Shown piece after piece: positions 14,301 through 26,600 of a stretch of DNA of 64,000 bases; the first letter of the stretch is position 1, and each line of letters starts with the position of its first letter. A program made the position numbers and the translations under genes. Under the pieces are notes generated by a model. The model was not told where the DNA came from, made no database searches, and saw only the letters and a program-made list of their open reading frames with translations. This DNA is from Hyphochytrium catenoides. Lineage: Eukaryota > Protista > Hyphochytriomycota. The stretch lies in the NCBI GenBank assembly GCA_900088475.1, contig FLMG01003022.1:1-64000 (forward strand), read 5' to 3'.

Positions 14301-17300
14301 AGGGACAGAAGAGTGATGAATACAGAATGCCAAAGTCTCACTCTGATGATGGTGTTACAGGTGGCGGCTGTCATCCAGATTGGTCAGCTGCTAGCTGTCG
14401 GAGGTTGTGATCGCAGAATTTTGATTGACTGGCTGCTTAGAGCTATGAAGACGGATGATGTGGAGGTGTGACGTTCTTTTCTCTCCCTCAGGGGAGCAAG
14501 TGAATGCTTACGAAGAGTGTTCTCAACTGTCCTCCGCTTAGTTCCGCCTATAGCCTCTCTTTCTTCTCCATAAGCCGACGATTCTGAGGATTTGATTAGC
14601 TGTACAGTCAGTCATGGCTGGGCCAATGATCCCTGTTCCTTGGTACCGGTTCCTCCTTTCCATGGTCTATTATATTCATTGAGGACCTGCCTCAAATACG
14701 CAAACTATCTCCGTCTTCTGGCGACTTTTGTCGCAGCTGCTGACCGTTTTCCACTAGGTTACGCTTTACTGTCTGGACACCATCACTTGGGAGAGTACGA
14801 AGGTGTATGACGAGCCAGGAGTACGCGAGAGAATCATGAGAGAAGGGATTCTTCCTCTTCTCCATCAACATCGCCTACTTCTTTTTTCAAATGCAGACTG
14901 TGAGGCTGGCTCTACCTTATCCCCGGCATCTTTCCTGCCCGGACACTCCGAGCTTGCGCTCCAACAATGGGAAGTGCAGAGCAAAGGGAAAGGGAAGGCT
15001 ACAAGAAGAATGCTTAGCCTGGGGCCCGGCGACGTAGCAGAGCTAGGGCTTGATACATCTCATGCCTTATCTCCGCTCCAGTCGCTTGCTCTGCCTGCCT
15101 TCAACCTCGTGAGCATGATTCAGGCAACCTATGGACCTATTATCACAGATAACGCCAGGACCAGAGGCAGCATGAGTGACCGAGACCACGAACACTATTT
15201 CCTCTTCATGAGATCCCTCTTGGCCTCCTATTTTTCAAACCTTGGTTCCGTGGACGAGGCGGCGGAGTTTGTCAAGGGGATGGGTTTAGTCTTTCCAAAA
15301 CTCCCAGGTACGTAGGAAGAGATATGCAAGAGTCCACCGCGATCCTGCAAAGACGAACTCGGTATGCTCATCGACCATCTCGGCCTTCCCTCTTTACCTG
15401 CTATCCACGTACGCTTCCTCCTTTTGCCATATTGTCAGGAGAGGAGTCTCAAAAGTGGTGGTCTAGCCCTTTAGTCCAAGTGTCGAAGGAAAAGTACTAT
15501 TCTGCGAGCTGCTCATCTCCCTTCCAGACAGCCGTTGAAGAAAGAACGCCGTCAGAACGCCTAGAACTCTGCCTTGCTGCTTTGTATGGCGTGGAGGTAG
15601 TCGTCACAGCGTTGAATGCCTCGCATCGCATGTCCATACGGGAGGAAATCACTGCAGCCGGTAAGCTCTTTGTATCTTCCTTCAAGGGCTGTTCTGGCTT
15701 CTCTGTGATCGTTGCGTGCTGTACCGTGGTCCCTGCTAAGGAGCCTTGAAAGGACGTGACCGTAAACATTCTTACATCTGTTATTTTTTGTCTTTTCACG
15801 TCGTGTTACGACGCCATAGACCTTATGCTGCTCCAAAGAGTGAGGGAGCTCATTCGTCTGGAAAACCTCCTTCAATGCGCCCTGCTGGCCTGTCAGGAGC
15901 TGAAAGAAGACAGCTATTTTGAGGAAGATCTGACCGGAGGCAAAAGGGCTCTCCTTACTTTCTTGTCCCAGTTCCTGGAAAGTGGGGGAAGACGATCGCA
16001 GATGCTTTCAAGGTATTTCGTGGGCTAACACTCGACCTTCCTCCTTCTCTTTGGATGCACTCCTATCTACGCACTCATCCATGATCTGACTATATGTCTC
16101 TGCTCCCTTACAAAACTATAGACTAGACGTTGAAGTGGTTTCCAAGTTGTTAGAGGTGATGACGAAGGGACCGAAGTCACTTGCCTCTCTGTCAGACCAA
16201 CTCTCTAACAGTTCAAGTCGACTGTCCCCTTCCATCCTGATCGATACCCACGAGGTGGTAAAGATCTACGAATACCTGTGGAGAATGGCTCTGCTGTCCT
16301 CGTTCACACCCTTATATCGAGAAGGGTGGGCTTCGCATTTCATCTCCGTCCGAAATATGGATTACTGCACGTTCCCTGTGGCAGCCCAGAAAGAAGAGGA
16401 GAAGAGTGCAAAGTCTACTGGCTCGAGCTCGATCCCATCGTCAAGAGCCCCTGGAAGTGCGAAATCCCAGCACAAGTCCTCCAGCAGCCATTCTGAAATC
16501 CAAACAGATGCCGTGCGCAGCTGCCACGAATTAGCGGTGTTAGTAACTCGTCTCCGTCTCCTGCAGCCGACAGTGAAGGAGCTAAAAGTTGCCGGTCTCG
16601 CTGTTGGTAAGTAGGCAGCCCTTTGATTCTAGGAGAGTCGGAGCACACAGATTGTTAGGAGTTCCATACCGGACAGTACTCTACGGAGTTGTGGACTTAT
16701 GACCTCATCCCCTCGCCCGTCTCTATCCCTTCCACCTTGTTGCTCCTACTCTCTTGCAGACGTTCAAAATATACAGAGAGAGACGGAGCTCTCCATCTAC
16801 TCCACGCTTCACCTCTTGCTGTCCTCCATACTGCAAGCAATCTACGAGATTAAGTTCGTAAGAACGGGAGACTGTCTCCGAAGAGCTGCAGAGAGCAATG
16901 GGCGGCTATCCTCATCTTGTTTTGAAGCAAGTGCTGACGAGCTTTGGGAAATGCTCAGAGCGTATTCAAAAGGTACCGACAGCATAACAAAGTCCTCATA
17001 ACCTTGTCCTAGCTTGCTATGTTTCTTTTGGTGTTGCTTGCTGACCATTCTACTCTCTATTGTCGTTTCCTGGTGCTTGCGCGATCAACGGTGTGCTTTC
17101 CTTTCTTATACCTCGTCCCTTTTCATATCTCGTGGTGTTTACTTTGCTGCGCCAACCTTGCTTTGCTCGCTCTGTCGTTCTTGCTTTAAATTCAGGTGTC
17201 GACGCCCCCATCCTGGAGAGCGTCTTTGGTCGGGCCAGCTGCAGGAATTTTGATAGCCAAACTGTTACTTGCAATGGAACAGGGGGAACTGGGGCCCCTT

Positions 17301-19514
17301 TGCCAGAGCTCTTGCTCTATCACGAGGCACTCTATCAACAATTTGCCCATTTACTTTCCACACTGCCTGAGAGCGGTTGCACCGTACTCTGCAGTGACCT
17401 GCTAGTCGCTCTGTCGTGGGGTACCAAGAAGGCTGTAGAGAGCGCACAGATCGCTCTAAATGCTCTTCATTTCGTGTTTCCGGAGGCAGAAATCACGGCA
17501 GAGCTCCTGTCAACATCTTCCCCTCTTTGCTCCTCTACTTTGCTTCCCCGAGTTCCGTTGCCGCTTTTCTTAATAGGGAACTCCTCTCTACAGGTGCGAA
17601 GCCGAGCTTGATTTCCTCTCTTCCTTTCTTGCGCCTCTCCTACGCACGTCCACAGTTTGCCGTTGAGGGCCCCGGCCTTCAATGTGGCGATCGCGAAGTC
17701 TGTTACTTAAATCACTTGGAGAACTCACCCAGTCCTTCCCTCCGTTCTCTTTACTTTGTCTTCTTTGCCGAGCTTGCTCTCTACTTCATGTTGATACTTC
17801 CCATGATCTCTTCCCTAGAGTGTTGCACTTTGACATGGCGTTGCACTGCGCTCTAGTGGCAATTAGTACTATGCGTTCCACTGACTTAATCCACTCTCTT
17901 TTTCCCCCTTACAGAATGGTCGATCTTTCGGCATGTTACAACGGCTTGTAGCTTCGTCTTCCCTGCATTCTCCATCCTACCTTGCCACTAAGCACTTCCT
18001 CACTTCAGTGTGGGCTCTTCTTCCCAAAAGACAAGCGCATTGTCTTCTCCTCCTCCTCTCCCGAGTACAGGAGCTGGTAAATGATGAGGAAACCGATAAG
18101 AGAGACGGAGAGGGCAAGCGAAGTAAACGAAATAGCTTCATGAGACGACAAACTGGAGAACATAGTTCCCTAAAGTCTCTCACAGTAGACTCCCTGCAAG
18201 TCTATTTACTTCTCCTTCTCTCTCTCTCTCTCGCCTTGTTCGACCTCGCCAAGCCAGAGGAACCGAGAGCTGAAGCAGAGAAAGGGAAAAGTTCGGCTCC
18301 AGGGGAGAAGAGGAGACGTTTAGATGGACAGAAGCCTGTCTACCGTCATGACGAAGCTGTAGCTTCGTCGCCCTATGCAGAAATTTGTGAGATTACGTCT
18401 ACTGCGATTAGTTGCTTCCTTCTCTGGGTGAGAGCTATGGAGCGCTGGGAATGGCTGCGAAACAAGAAATTAACTCTTCTTTTGCTTCAACTGGCCTTTG
18501 CTGGCTTAGAGTCCTTCCAGAAGCAGATAGAGGCTTGTCTCTCCTGGCGGTCTCGGGCTTCATCTTCGTCGTCGGCTCCTTCACTTACTAGATCTGTTGA
18601 GCACCTCCGCCCCCTACTCTACTCCGCGAGCTCATTCGTCGCCTGTTTGGAAGGCTTGGCCAGTTATTTCGAGAAACTTTCAAATGAAGTCGGGAAGAGA
18701 AGCAAGCAAGAGAAGAGAGATCGCGGGGACAAGAGGAGGAGGAAGTCTGGCATAGAACCTACAAGGAACAAACGCCGGAGACTGTCAACACAGAAAGGTG
18801 ACGTCTTGTGCCACTTTGAGATAAGTTGCATAGTATAGAATCTCGTCCTAAGCGCCGCTTTGCTGTAACGTTGTTAGGCAGAGAAGCATCTCTGGCTTCT
18901 CCAGACAACCTTCAAGTAGCGCGGCTGCGATTGAAGCTTGGCATCTTCTCGGACTTCTTGAGCGACTGTTTCTCATCCCACGGACTTCCTCCCCCGACCT
19001 CCGCCTTTCTCGATAAGTTTTTAGAGAGATGTGGCACGATAAGAGACTCTGAGTCCTCCTGTGCTCTCTCTTTCTCGCGCCCACAAGATGATAGCGCTGT
19101 GGGAAGGGTGGGAGTGGGAGAAGATGCGTTAGTTGATTGCGCTAACAGTTGGGCCACGGACGATAAGTTTATCGCTAGTGAGAAGACGCAAGAGGACGAG
19201 GAGCAACGTAGAGCCGGAGATGTTGATCTTCGCTTTGGAGACGAGGACGATGAGAGCGGCTCAGATGAAGAGCCAATAGTTAGCGGGTGAGTTATCGCAA
19301 TCTCCTGTGTGCCGCTGCTCCATCTCCTTCACTTCATCATTTCCGTTTTAAGCTAACTCCTTTCCGCTGAAGGTTTGGAGTCGTCGCGAAGACAGGGGGA
19401 AGTTCTGGTGTGTGGAGAGCGGGCTCCCCTGGGGACACATCCGAGGAAGATGAGGACGCGACCGAGGGAGACGAAAGTGAAGCGGAAGTAGAAGAAGAAG
19501 GTGACGGAGAGTGA
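11314..19514 (+). CDS. FANCD2: Fanconi anemia group D2-like protein (divergent FANCD2 family), multi-exon
   Basis: Spliced LIDMLPQ|LVG...FKELLSSDRQFLVPIIGALSGFNLPDNLRKEVLELSK|ASLRIVDESDVPTVIRTLLTNVTNQTAGEVLSAIRKEF parallels the FANCD2 segment (IITSLPEIL...TVPILDVLSSLRL...LEDLPVIIKFILHSVT...EVISELREKL). ARQQ|VLSILLSNI parallels QQEVVGALVTHI. SVMISLQKQLF parallels the mono-ubiquitination motif LVIRKQL. The acidic last exon 19373-19514 ends in TGA. Confidence 0.72.
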
Positions 19515-20177
19515 GCTTTATTGTCTCTCTCTCTTTGGCATCTATATGTTAACTATTGTAGAGCCACAGTGCGCGGCCAGGGGCATGAGTGTCTCGGTAA
19601 TTGGGGAAGTACCGCTCTGATGGTCCTATTTATTGGAGAGATGTCAAAGAAGAAGAGAGCTCACGTGGCCATGGGAATGAGGAAAAGAGCTTAAGGCAGT
19701 CTCTGAGGCTCATAGAGGATAACATCCACAAGAGTTAATGTTGACTTCCTCTCTTGTTGGTCCGCGGCCAGGGTCCCGACACCTGGGCCCAACCATTCAG
19801 TAACCTTCCAGCACCTCTCTCAGCCAGAGATGCCGCAGCAGGAAGTGATGCTCTTATGATGGGAGGAGGCGCAGAAGCAAGAGAGAGAGAGAGAGAGCGG
19901 GGCAATTGCTAAGGAAGAAAAGAGAGGGAAGGACAAGAAATCATCATGATTTTTGTCTTCTCACTGTCAGAGTCGCACCTGTAACATTGAACACACGCTG
20001 TACACACAGTACGATGTTGTAGTCGAAACCTTTGCAAGCTTCCCGCAATTCGATTTCAATGACTTTAGTAGGCGAATGAAGCTTTCTATAGTTTTACTTT
20101 CATGAAGCTTTCCAGGTAGGAGTGTTGAGCTGTGTTGCAGTGCACGAAAGGTCATCTGCTGGGCATCAAGGAGCTTC

Positions 20178-20272
20178 CTCTTTCTCTCTCTCTCTCTCTC
20201 TCTCNNNNNNNNNNNNNNNNNNNNNNNNNNNNNNNNNNNNNNNNNNNNNNTCTCTCTCTCTCTCTCTCTCTC
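20178..20272. repeat. (CT)n microsatellite containing an assembly gap (46 N at 20205-20250)
   Basis: CT runs flank both sides of the N run. Further GA runs lie at ~19880-19898 and ~20630-20662. Confidence 0.95.
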
Positions 20273-20695
20273 TTCCTTGCTTACCAGCTCTTCCTTCTCT
20301 CTTCCTCCTCATTCCCTCCCAACTTTTTCTCTATTTCTCATTCCTCTCGCCTCCCTTTTGACCTGCCTGTTGCTCTGCATTCGTTCCCCATTCACCGAGC
20401 TGCCCCCACGGTCCTCTCTCTCTCTTCGCGCTTCCGCGGCATTCTTTCCCTCGCCGTTGCTCCTGCTCGGGCTTTTGACAAGCGCTGGATAGGATGCGAG
20501 TTAGCGCCTTCCAAGCGCTTTGGCAGGCACCCGATAGTCGATCGTGGAGGCTCCACTAAGAGCTTGGTGCGCATGCCAGAGCATGAGTGAGTTTAGCTTA
20601 CGATTTGGGACTTAAAGGGTTCTGGCGCGAGAGGCAGAGAGAGAGAGAGAGAAAGAGAGAGAAGCCGCTCGCTCTTATCTCAGCGGCCGGAAGAA

Positions 20696-23600
20696 ATGTC
20701 CCTTCCCTTCCAGGAGCGGCACCGCTGGATCATCCATAAGATTCAGGACTGCTTTGGCTTTGAGGAAGAGTCCATTGTGGAAGCGCAGCTGCGGCGAAAT
20801 AATGTCATCGAGAAACTTGAGCTCTTCTTCTCTGCGAAGGGTCCCTCTCGCATTTATCTCTTCTACCAGCAGCACCAGCACTACCTCCCAGATGATGCTT
20901 CTCAAGCCAGCACACCCAACAGCCCCAGAGGGAGACCCACAACCGTTTACACTAAGATAAGCGGTAAGTGGGAAGAAGAAGACTGCACGAAGAGAGTAGA
21001 GACTCTAGAGTCTACCTACTCAATGGGACTCCCAGGCCGGAGGTTGGCGGTATCGGAAAGAGATGGACGATTGAAAAAGAATGAGATGAACATTCTTGAG
21101 AAAGATTGAGAGACACAGACAAAGAGAGCGAGAGGAAGAAGAGGAGAGAGAGAACTGATGGAGAGAGAAGATGGAGAGATACAGAGAGGAGGAGATCGCC
21201 AATGTGGCTAATAAAAGGCGAGACAAGAGCGGAAAAGAGAGAGAGAGAAAGGATGCTCCATGGGTCGAAAGCGAGTTTAATCTGATGATCCTTCGGAACT
21301 GCTGGACCAAAGAAGTCTCTCTGCTGAGATGGGCCTTTCAGCTCTTTCCTCAGAATCATAACTTCTTTTATCTAATGCCCCTTCTTTCCTGACGGCCGAT
21401 CACTATTATCAGGTTATACGGTGCCCGGGGAGCCGCAGCTGTATGTCACGGATGGGCTGGAGGAAGGTATGACCTCTCCTGTCCTCTATTTCATCAAGAA
21501 TCCGAAGGGAGAGGACTTGGAATCCAACCTGGAGATTCCGCTGGACTGCGACGACGATGGGCTTGTTTCCTATGGCACTATCCTTCCTTCCGCTATCTCC
21601 TCATTTGAGTGTCTTCTCTCGAACATCTTTGAGCCTCTCCTGGGTTCAAAGGGGAGCTGGGGAAGGAGCACGAAAGAGGAAGTTAAGGAATTCTTGGGTG
21701 GAGTGCACGGACTGGTGGACCGATTGCAGGTTTGTCAGATGTCAGCAGGGACAACCCTCTTCACTGTCTTTTCCCAGGGTTACCTTTTCTCTCTCTCTGT
21801 CATTTCTTCAGATGTTCGTTATTGCTGCGTCCATGTTCAGTGTTCAGATGAGCCCATCTTTCTCCCCTCATCGTAGCCCTCAGTACTCCCTCCTTACGCC
21901 ACTCTCGTCCTTCACCCCCCGGACTATAGGAATCCCTGAAGAGTGTGACGTCTGAGCTTGAGCTCAAGAAGCCGGACGACCAATTTAACTTGCAGGATCC
22001 AAAGCAAGCTGTCAAGTATGCGGCTGATCCGTCCGCTGTCTTTCACTTTTGTGAGGTGGTGGACGACTGGTGCGCTAAGACCTTGGATTACATTGAACTC
22101 CCGGACCAAAGCAGGTGCGTGCAGAGCTCCGGCTGGTGTGGAGAGCAAAGATTCCTCCATTCCTTCTCATTCTTAGAAATATCCCGGTTCTGTATCCTCT
22201 GGAGTCTTCTGAGTCAGCTTTCTTTTTCTCTTGTTGAGTGACGGTGGTGTTTACCGGGGAAATGTATGAAGTTTGCTATTTCGTCTTCTCCGCTCCACTC
22301 GCTCATCTTGTTCTTCTTCCTTCTCCTCGATGTTCCCTTTCCCTACCGTTTTTGCGTTCCTGATCGTCATCCTCCTGTTATTCCAGATGGGACAGCAGTG
22401 ATGCTGGGCCGGACACGGAGCTTGAGTACTGGAAGCGGCGGGTCCAGCGACTCAACTATGTGGTGGAGCTAGTGAAGACCAAAGAGTCGAGAGTGATCAT
22501 CAACATCCTCTCCTCATCTGTCAAGGTGAGGCCTGCGTAAATCTGATGTCGGCAGCCCGCAGCAAGAGGGAATACACCTACAACCCTGATTGCTCAAAGA
22601 CCACCATTGCTGCCCTGCCCGCGCATTCCTTTATAGTACTCTGTTAGCTCAATATCGGCTGCCTCCTAACTGTTTGCTTTTGGGTTGATGTTGCTGCTTC
22701 CATTATATTCTTCGACCCACCAGCCCTCAGGAGGTAGCGCTTTTAACCTCTGTTCTCGCCTATTCTAATTACTCCTACCTCACCTACCTTTAACGATCAC
22801 TGTTCACCTCTTCCTAACACTTCGGTACACTGCGCACTTGATCTTTCGCGCTAGAATCCCGCCATGTCGCAGCTCGAGAGCCGCATTTCCAATGTCCTCA
22901 AGAGCTGGAGAGGGATTGATACGTCTCTGACTGAGGCCGTAAACGAGGCCAAGGATAATGTGAAGTACCTCACCACTCTCGACTCCTTCTTGGAGCCCCT
23001 TTACTCCTCCTCTCCTCCCTCCGTAGTGGAAGAGTCTCTTCCGGCTCTTCTGAACAGCATCAAGATGATCTACTGCATCTCTCGTCACTATAATACACCG
23101 GAGAGGATGACCAAGCTATTCGCGAAGATCACGAACCAGATGATCATCCTCTGTAAGAAGTATTTGCTAGAGGATAAGGGACCCGAAGAGCTGTGGAACA
23201 AGGTACTCTATTCTATTCTATACCTTTTCTCACCCCATCTCTTGCTCTTTCCTCCCTTTTGCCTTAACCTAATTACTTTCTATAATGCTTTCTCCTGGCA
23301 CTCTGCTTGTTGCCAGACATGGAGTATGCTACATCGACTATCTTTGCCACTAATCGTGTCTCTAGGAGTCAACACGATGACCCCCGCTTAACAATAGTAC
23401 TCCTTGCCCCCTGCTCAGGACCCATCCAACTTGATGTCGATGCTTGAAGACTGCCTGCACCTGAGCGACCAATACGAGGAGCAGTACCGTGCAGTGAAGG
23501 ACAAGCTATTGACCAATCCAAAGGGGAAACAATTCGACTTCAATGAAGCTCACATTTTTGGGAAATTTGACCTTTTCTGCAGACGGATAATCAAACTCAT

Positions 23601-26600
23601 CGATACCTTTAGCACCATGTGTCAGGTATGGAAGAGCCAGAAGCTCTGCTGCCCTTTCTCTTGTCTTCCTCTGTTCCTTACGTCCCTGTCCTTACCTACA
23701 ATGAATGGACGTCACATCGTTGCCTCGCGATCAATAAGAATCCTGTCCTGGCTGTCGCCGTCTGCTCGTGACTCCTTAGTTGTCTTTCTGCAAGGTCATC
23801 AAGTCTCTTCGCTGACTCTTCTGATGGACCCACATCTAGTATAAGTCGTTAATGGACCACCGGGTGGAAGGGATTGAGGACCTCATTGAACAGTTCAACT
23901 TGATAGTCCAGACCTTCAAGGCCAAGAACCACGATATGCTAAACTATACTGACCAAGCCTTTGACCGGGACTATGCAGCGTTCACAGCTAGAATCTCAGA
24001 GCTGGAGAGCAGGCTTCAGAAGTTCATCAATAGGGTAAGGGAGATGAGTATGCGCTCAGAGGGGAGGAGGGCTTGCATGGACGACGGCAAAGAGGAGCTC
24101 TTGACATGCCTCCGCCACAAGTCTAGCATCCTTGCTTTCTTGTTCTCGACATACGCTTTCCGAAACACTATTTTATGGGGCTGTGAGTCTCATCGCATCT
24201 ATCCTGTTTGCTCTATAATATCCTGGTCACCCGCAGAGCTTTGACAGTATCACGAGTATTGAGGAAGCGCTTGTACTTTTGAAGAAGTTTCAGTCCATCC
24301 TACACCGCCAGCACCTTCTGCATGACCTGGTAGGCCCATACCTTGCCCTATGTCCTCCTACCAAGCTTCCATCTCGCTCCTCCCACGCTTCAATTGTATA
24401 AATGTACGGTTCCGAACTTTTGCGCAAAGGGTTTATATTATGGTGGTCACTGCGCTTTGTTACCCTAATTCATCAAATAACACCACATCTCTCTACCGTC
24501 CAAATGGATGGTGCCATCCAGGAGTCAAAGTTGACGCTGATATTCCACAACTATGGACTTGACTTGACGGAGGTTCTTGAGATTTATGAGAAGTACAAAC
24601 ACAACCCACCTCTACCTAGAAATGTCCCTCCTGTGAGCGGCAGTATCCTATGGGCAAGGCACCTCCTACGGTGAGGCCTGCGATTCCTTCTCAGGGCATA
24701 ACTTCCTCTTCTGGAGCACATTTTCTTTGTTGATCCCCACTAGAGTCTCTTCCTTCTCTCTTATCAGCTCAACCAGGGTCGATTTCCTTCATAACTTGCC
24801 TCGCCTTCCTCACACCATTTCCCATACTCATGCCTCTGGCGTCTCTGACACCTTGCTGGTAGACGCATCGAGGAGCCGATGCGTAAGTTCGAGGCAAACC
24901 CTGGTGTGCTGCAGAACAAGGATTCTCGCCAAATAGTGCGGACTTATAACAAAGTCGCGCGCACTCTAGTGGCCTTCGAGTTTCTTTGGTTTGAAGCATG
25001 GTGCAAGTCTATTGACAGGCTCCGAGATGGACTATACGCTACTCTAATCATCAGGCATGAGCTTTATCCTATGGCTATCCATCTAGTTGTGGTTTCTGGA
25101 CTTTACTGCACATTTTAACTTGTTTAGATGGTCTCCTACAGCGTCCTTCACCTTCATTAATCTTGCACTCCACTCAATCACCTGTGCCTTTTAGGGATCC
25201 GGAGCAGGCCCGTCTGTATATTAATTTTGACAAGGACATCCTGCAGCTGATCAGAGAGGCAAAATGCCTATCACGCATGGGGATAGAAGTACCCGAGGCA
25301 GCAAGAAGTGTGATGTTGCAGGAGGAGAAGTATAAGGCATACTTTGACTCACTTTCTCACATTCTCCGGAGCTATGAAAGGATTACTGGAAAGATTCTTC
25401 CTGTTGCAAGGAAACTCCTATCCCCTCACATAGAGGAGCTAGAGATGAAGTTCAGTCCTGCCATTACTACTCTGACATGGATGAGCATGAATATTGACTC
25501 TTTCATCCAGGTGAGTAGTGAAGTGGGAAGCTGAGGGCGATAGAAATGATATGAAGGGCGCAATGCAGTCAAGCTGGGCTATAAAGCGACAATTAACTGG
25601 GACCAAGTGGCTGTGCAGATCAGGACAAGTTTGTTAGGCCTTCGTTTTGGCGGGATGGATAGAAGAAAGTGGTGTGAAGACCGTATAGTAGAGATCAGGG
25701 AGACACCGGTAGAGAGTGGTTAGCTTGGATGGGACGGACTATCGGAGAAGTAAACAAAACCAACAGCGATGAGAGGAAAGCGATAGGGAAGTCAACGACG
25801 AGGAGTATCGTGGCAGTGAACTGAAGGCACTCTCCTCTTCAGAATATCCAGCATGAGATACAACGGCTAGCTGACCTGATTAACACAATTAACGGCATTG
25901 TGGAGCATCGGATAGAGAAGAACCTCAAGATTATGAGCAAGGCCGTGCTTGTCAAACTACCAAAAAACGAGGTGGGACAGACAAGTAGCGCTCTCTCACC
26001 TTCCTATCTCTTACCACCTGTGGAGTTGGAATCGAGTTCGTGCCATGACAATGACCCAACTTTATCGCATCGCTGCGTCTTTTCCTTTTTAGCGACCAAC
26101 ACCCATCACTCTTATTGATCTTCTGTAGTCTTTTGCGCTGGACGAGTTTGTGAACATGCAGGAGCGGCACGTGAAGTCGATCACAGAGACTCTGAATGCC
26201 AAGAATATTGAGATTGAGACTGCAGTGGACGACCTGATTGCCATTGTCAGCAGCTACCACAGGGACAGGGAGGGAGGAGAAGTCTTGGCGGTGTCCCCTG
26301 TAGAGGTGCAGAACCTGAGGAACCACTACAACCATCTCCTCTACACTGCCCTTTTGCACTGTACCAAGAACTCTCTTAATCAGATCAAAAGACGGGTACG
26401 ATCAAATAATGTCAAGTGCAGAGGGTCATAATAACCATATTGTTGGGCCTTCTTGGACTCAATGTCATAGAAGAGCAAGCAGTGTGTTGGGCGCACCACA
26501 AGGGCAATGCAGAAGAGGGGAGTAGAATAATGGGTAGGCAGTAGCATAGAGGCAGTAGCATAGGGTAAGAATAGGGAGCAGAGTGACCGGGCTACTCCAA

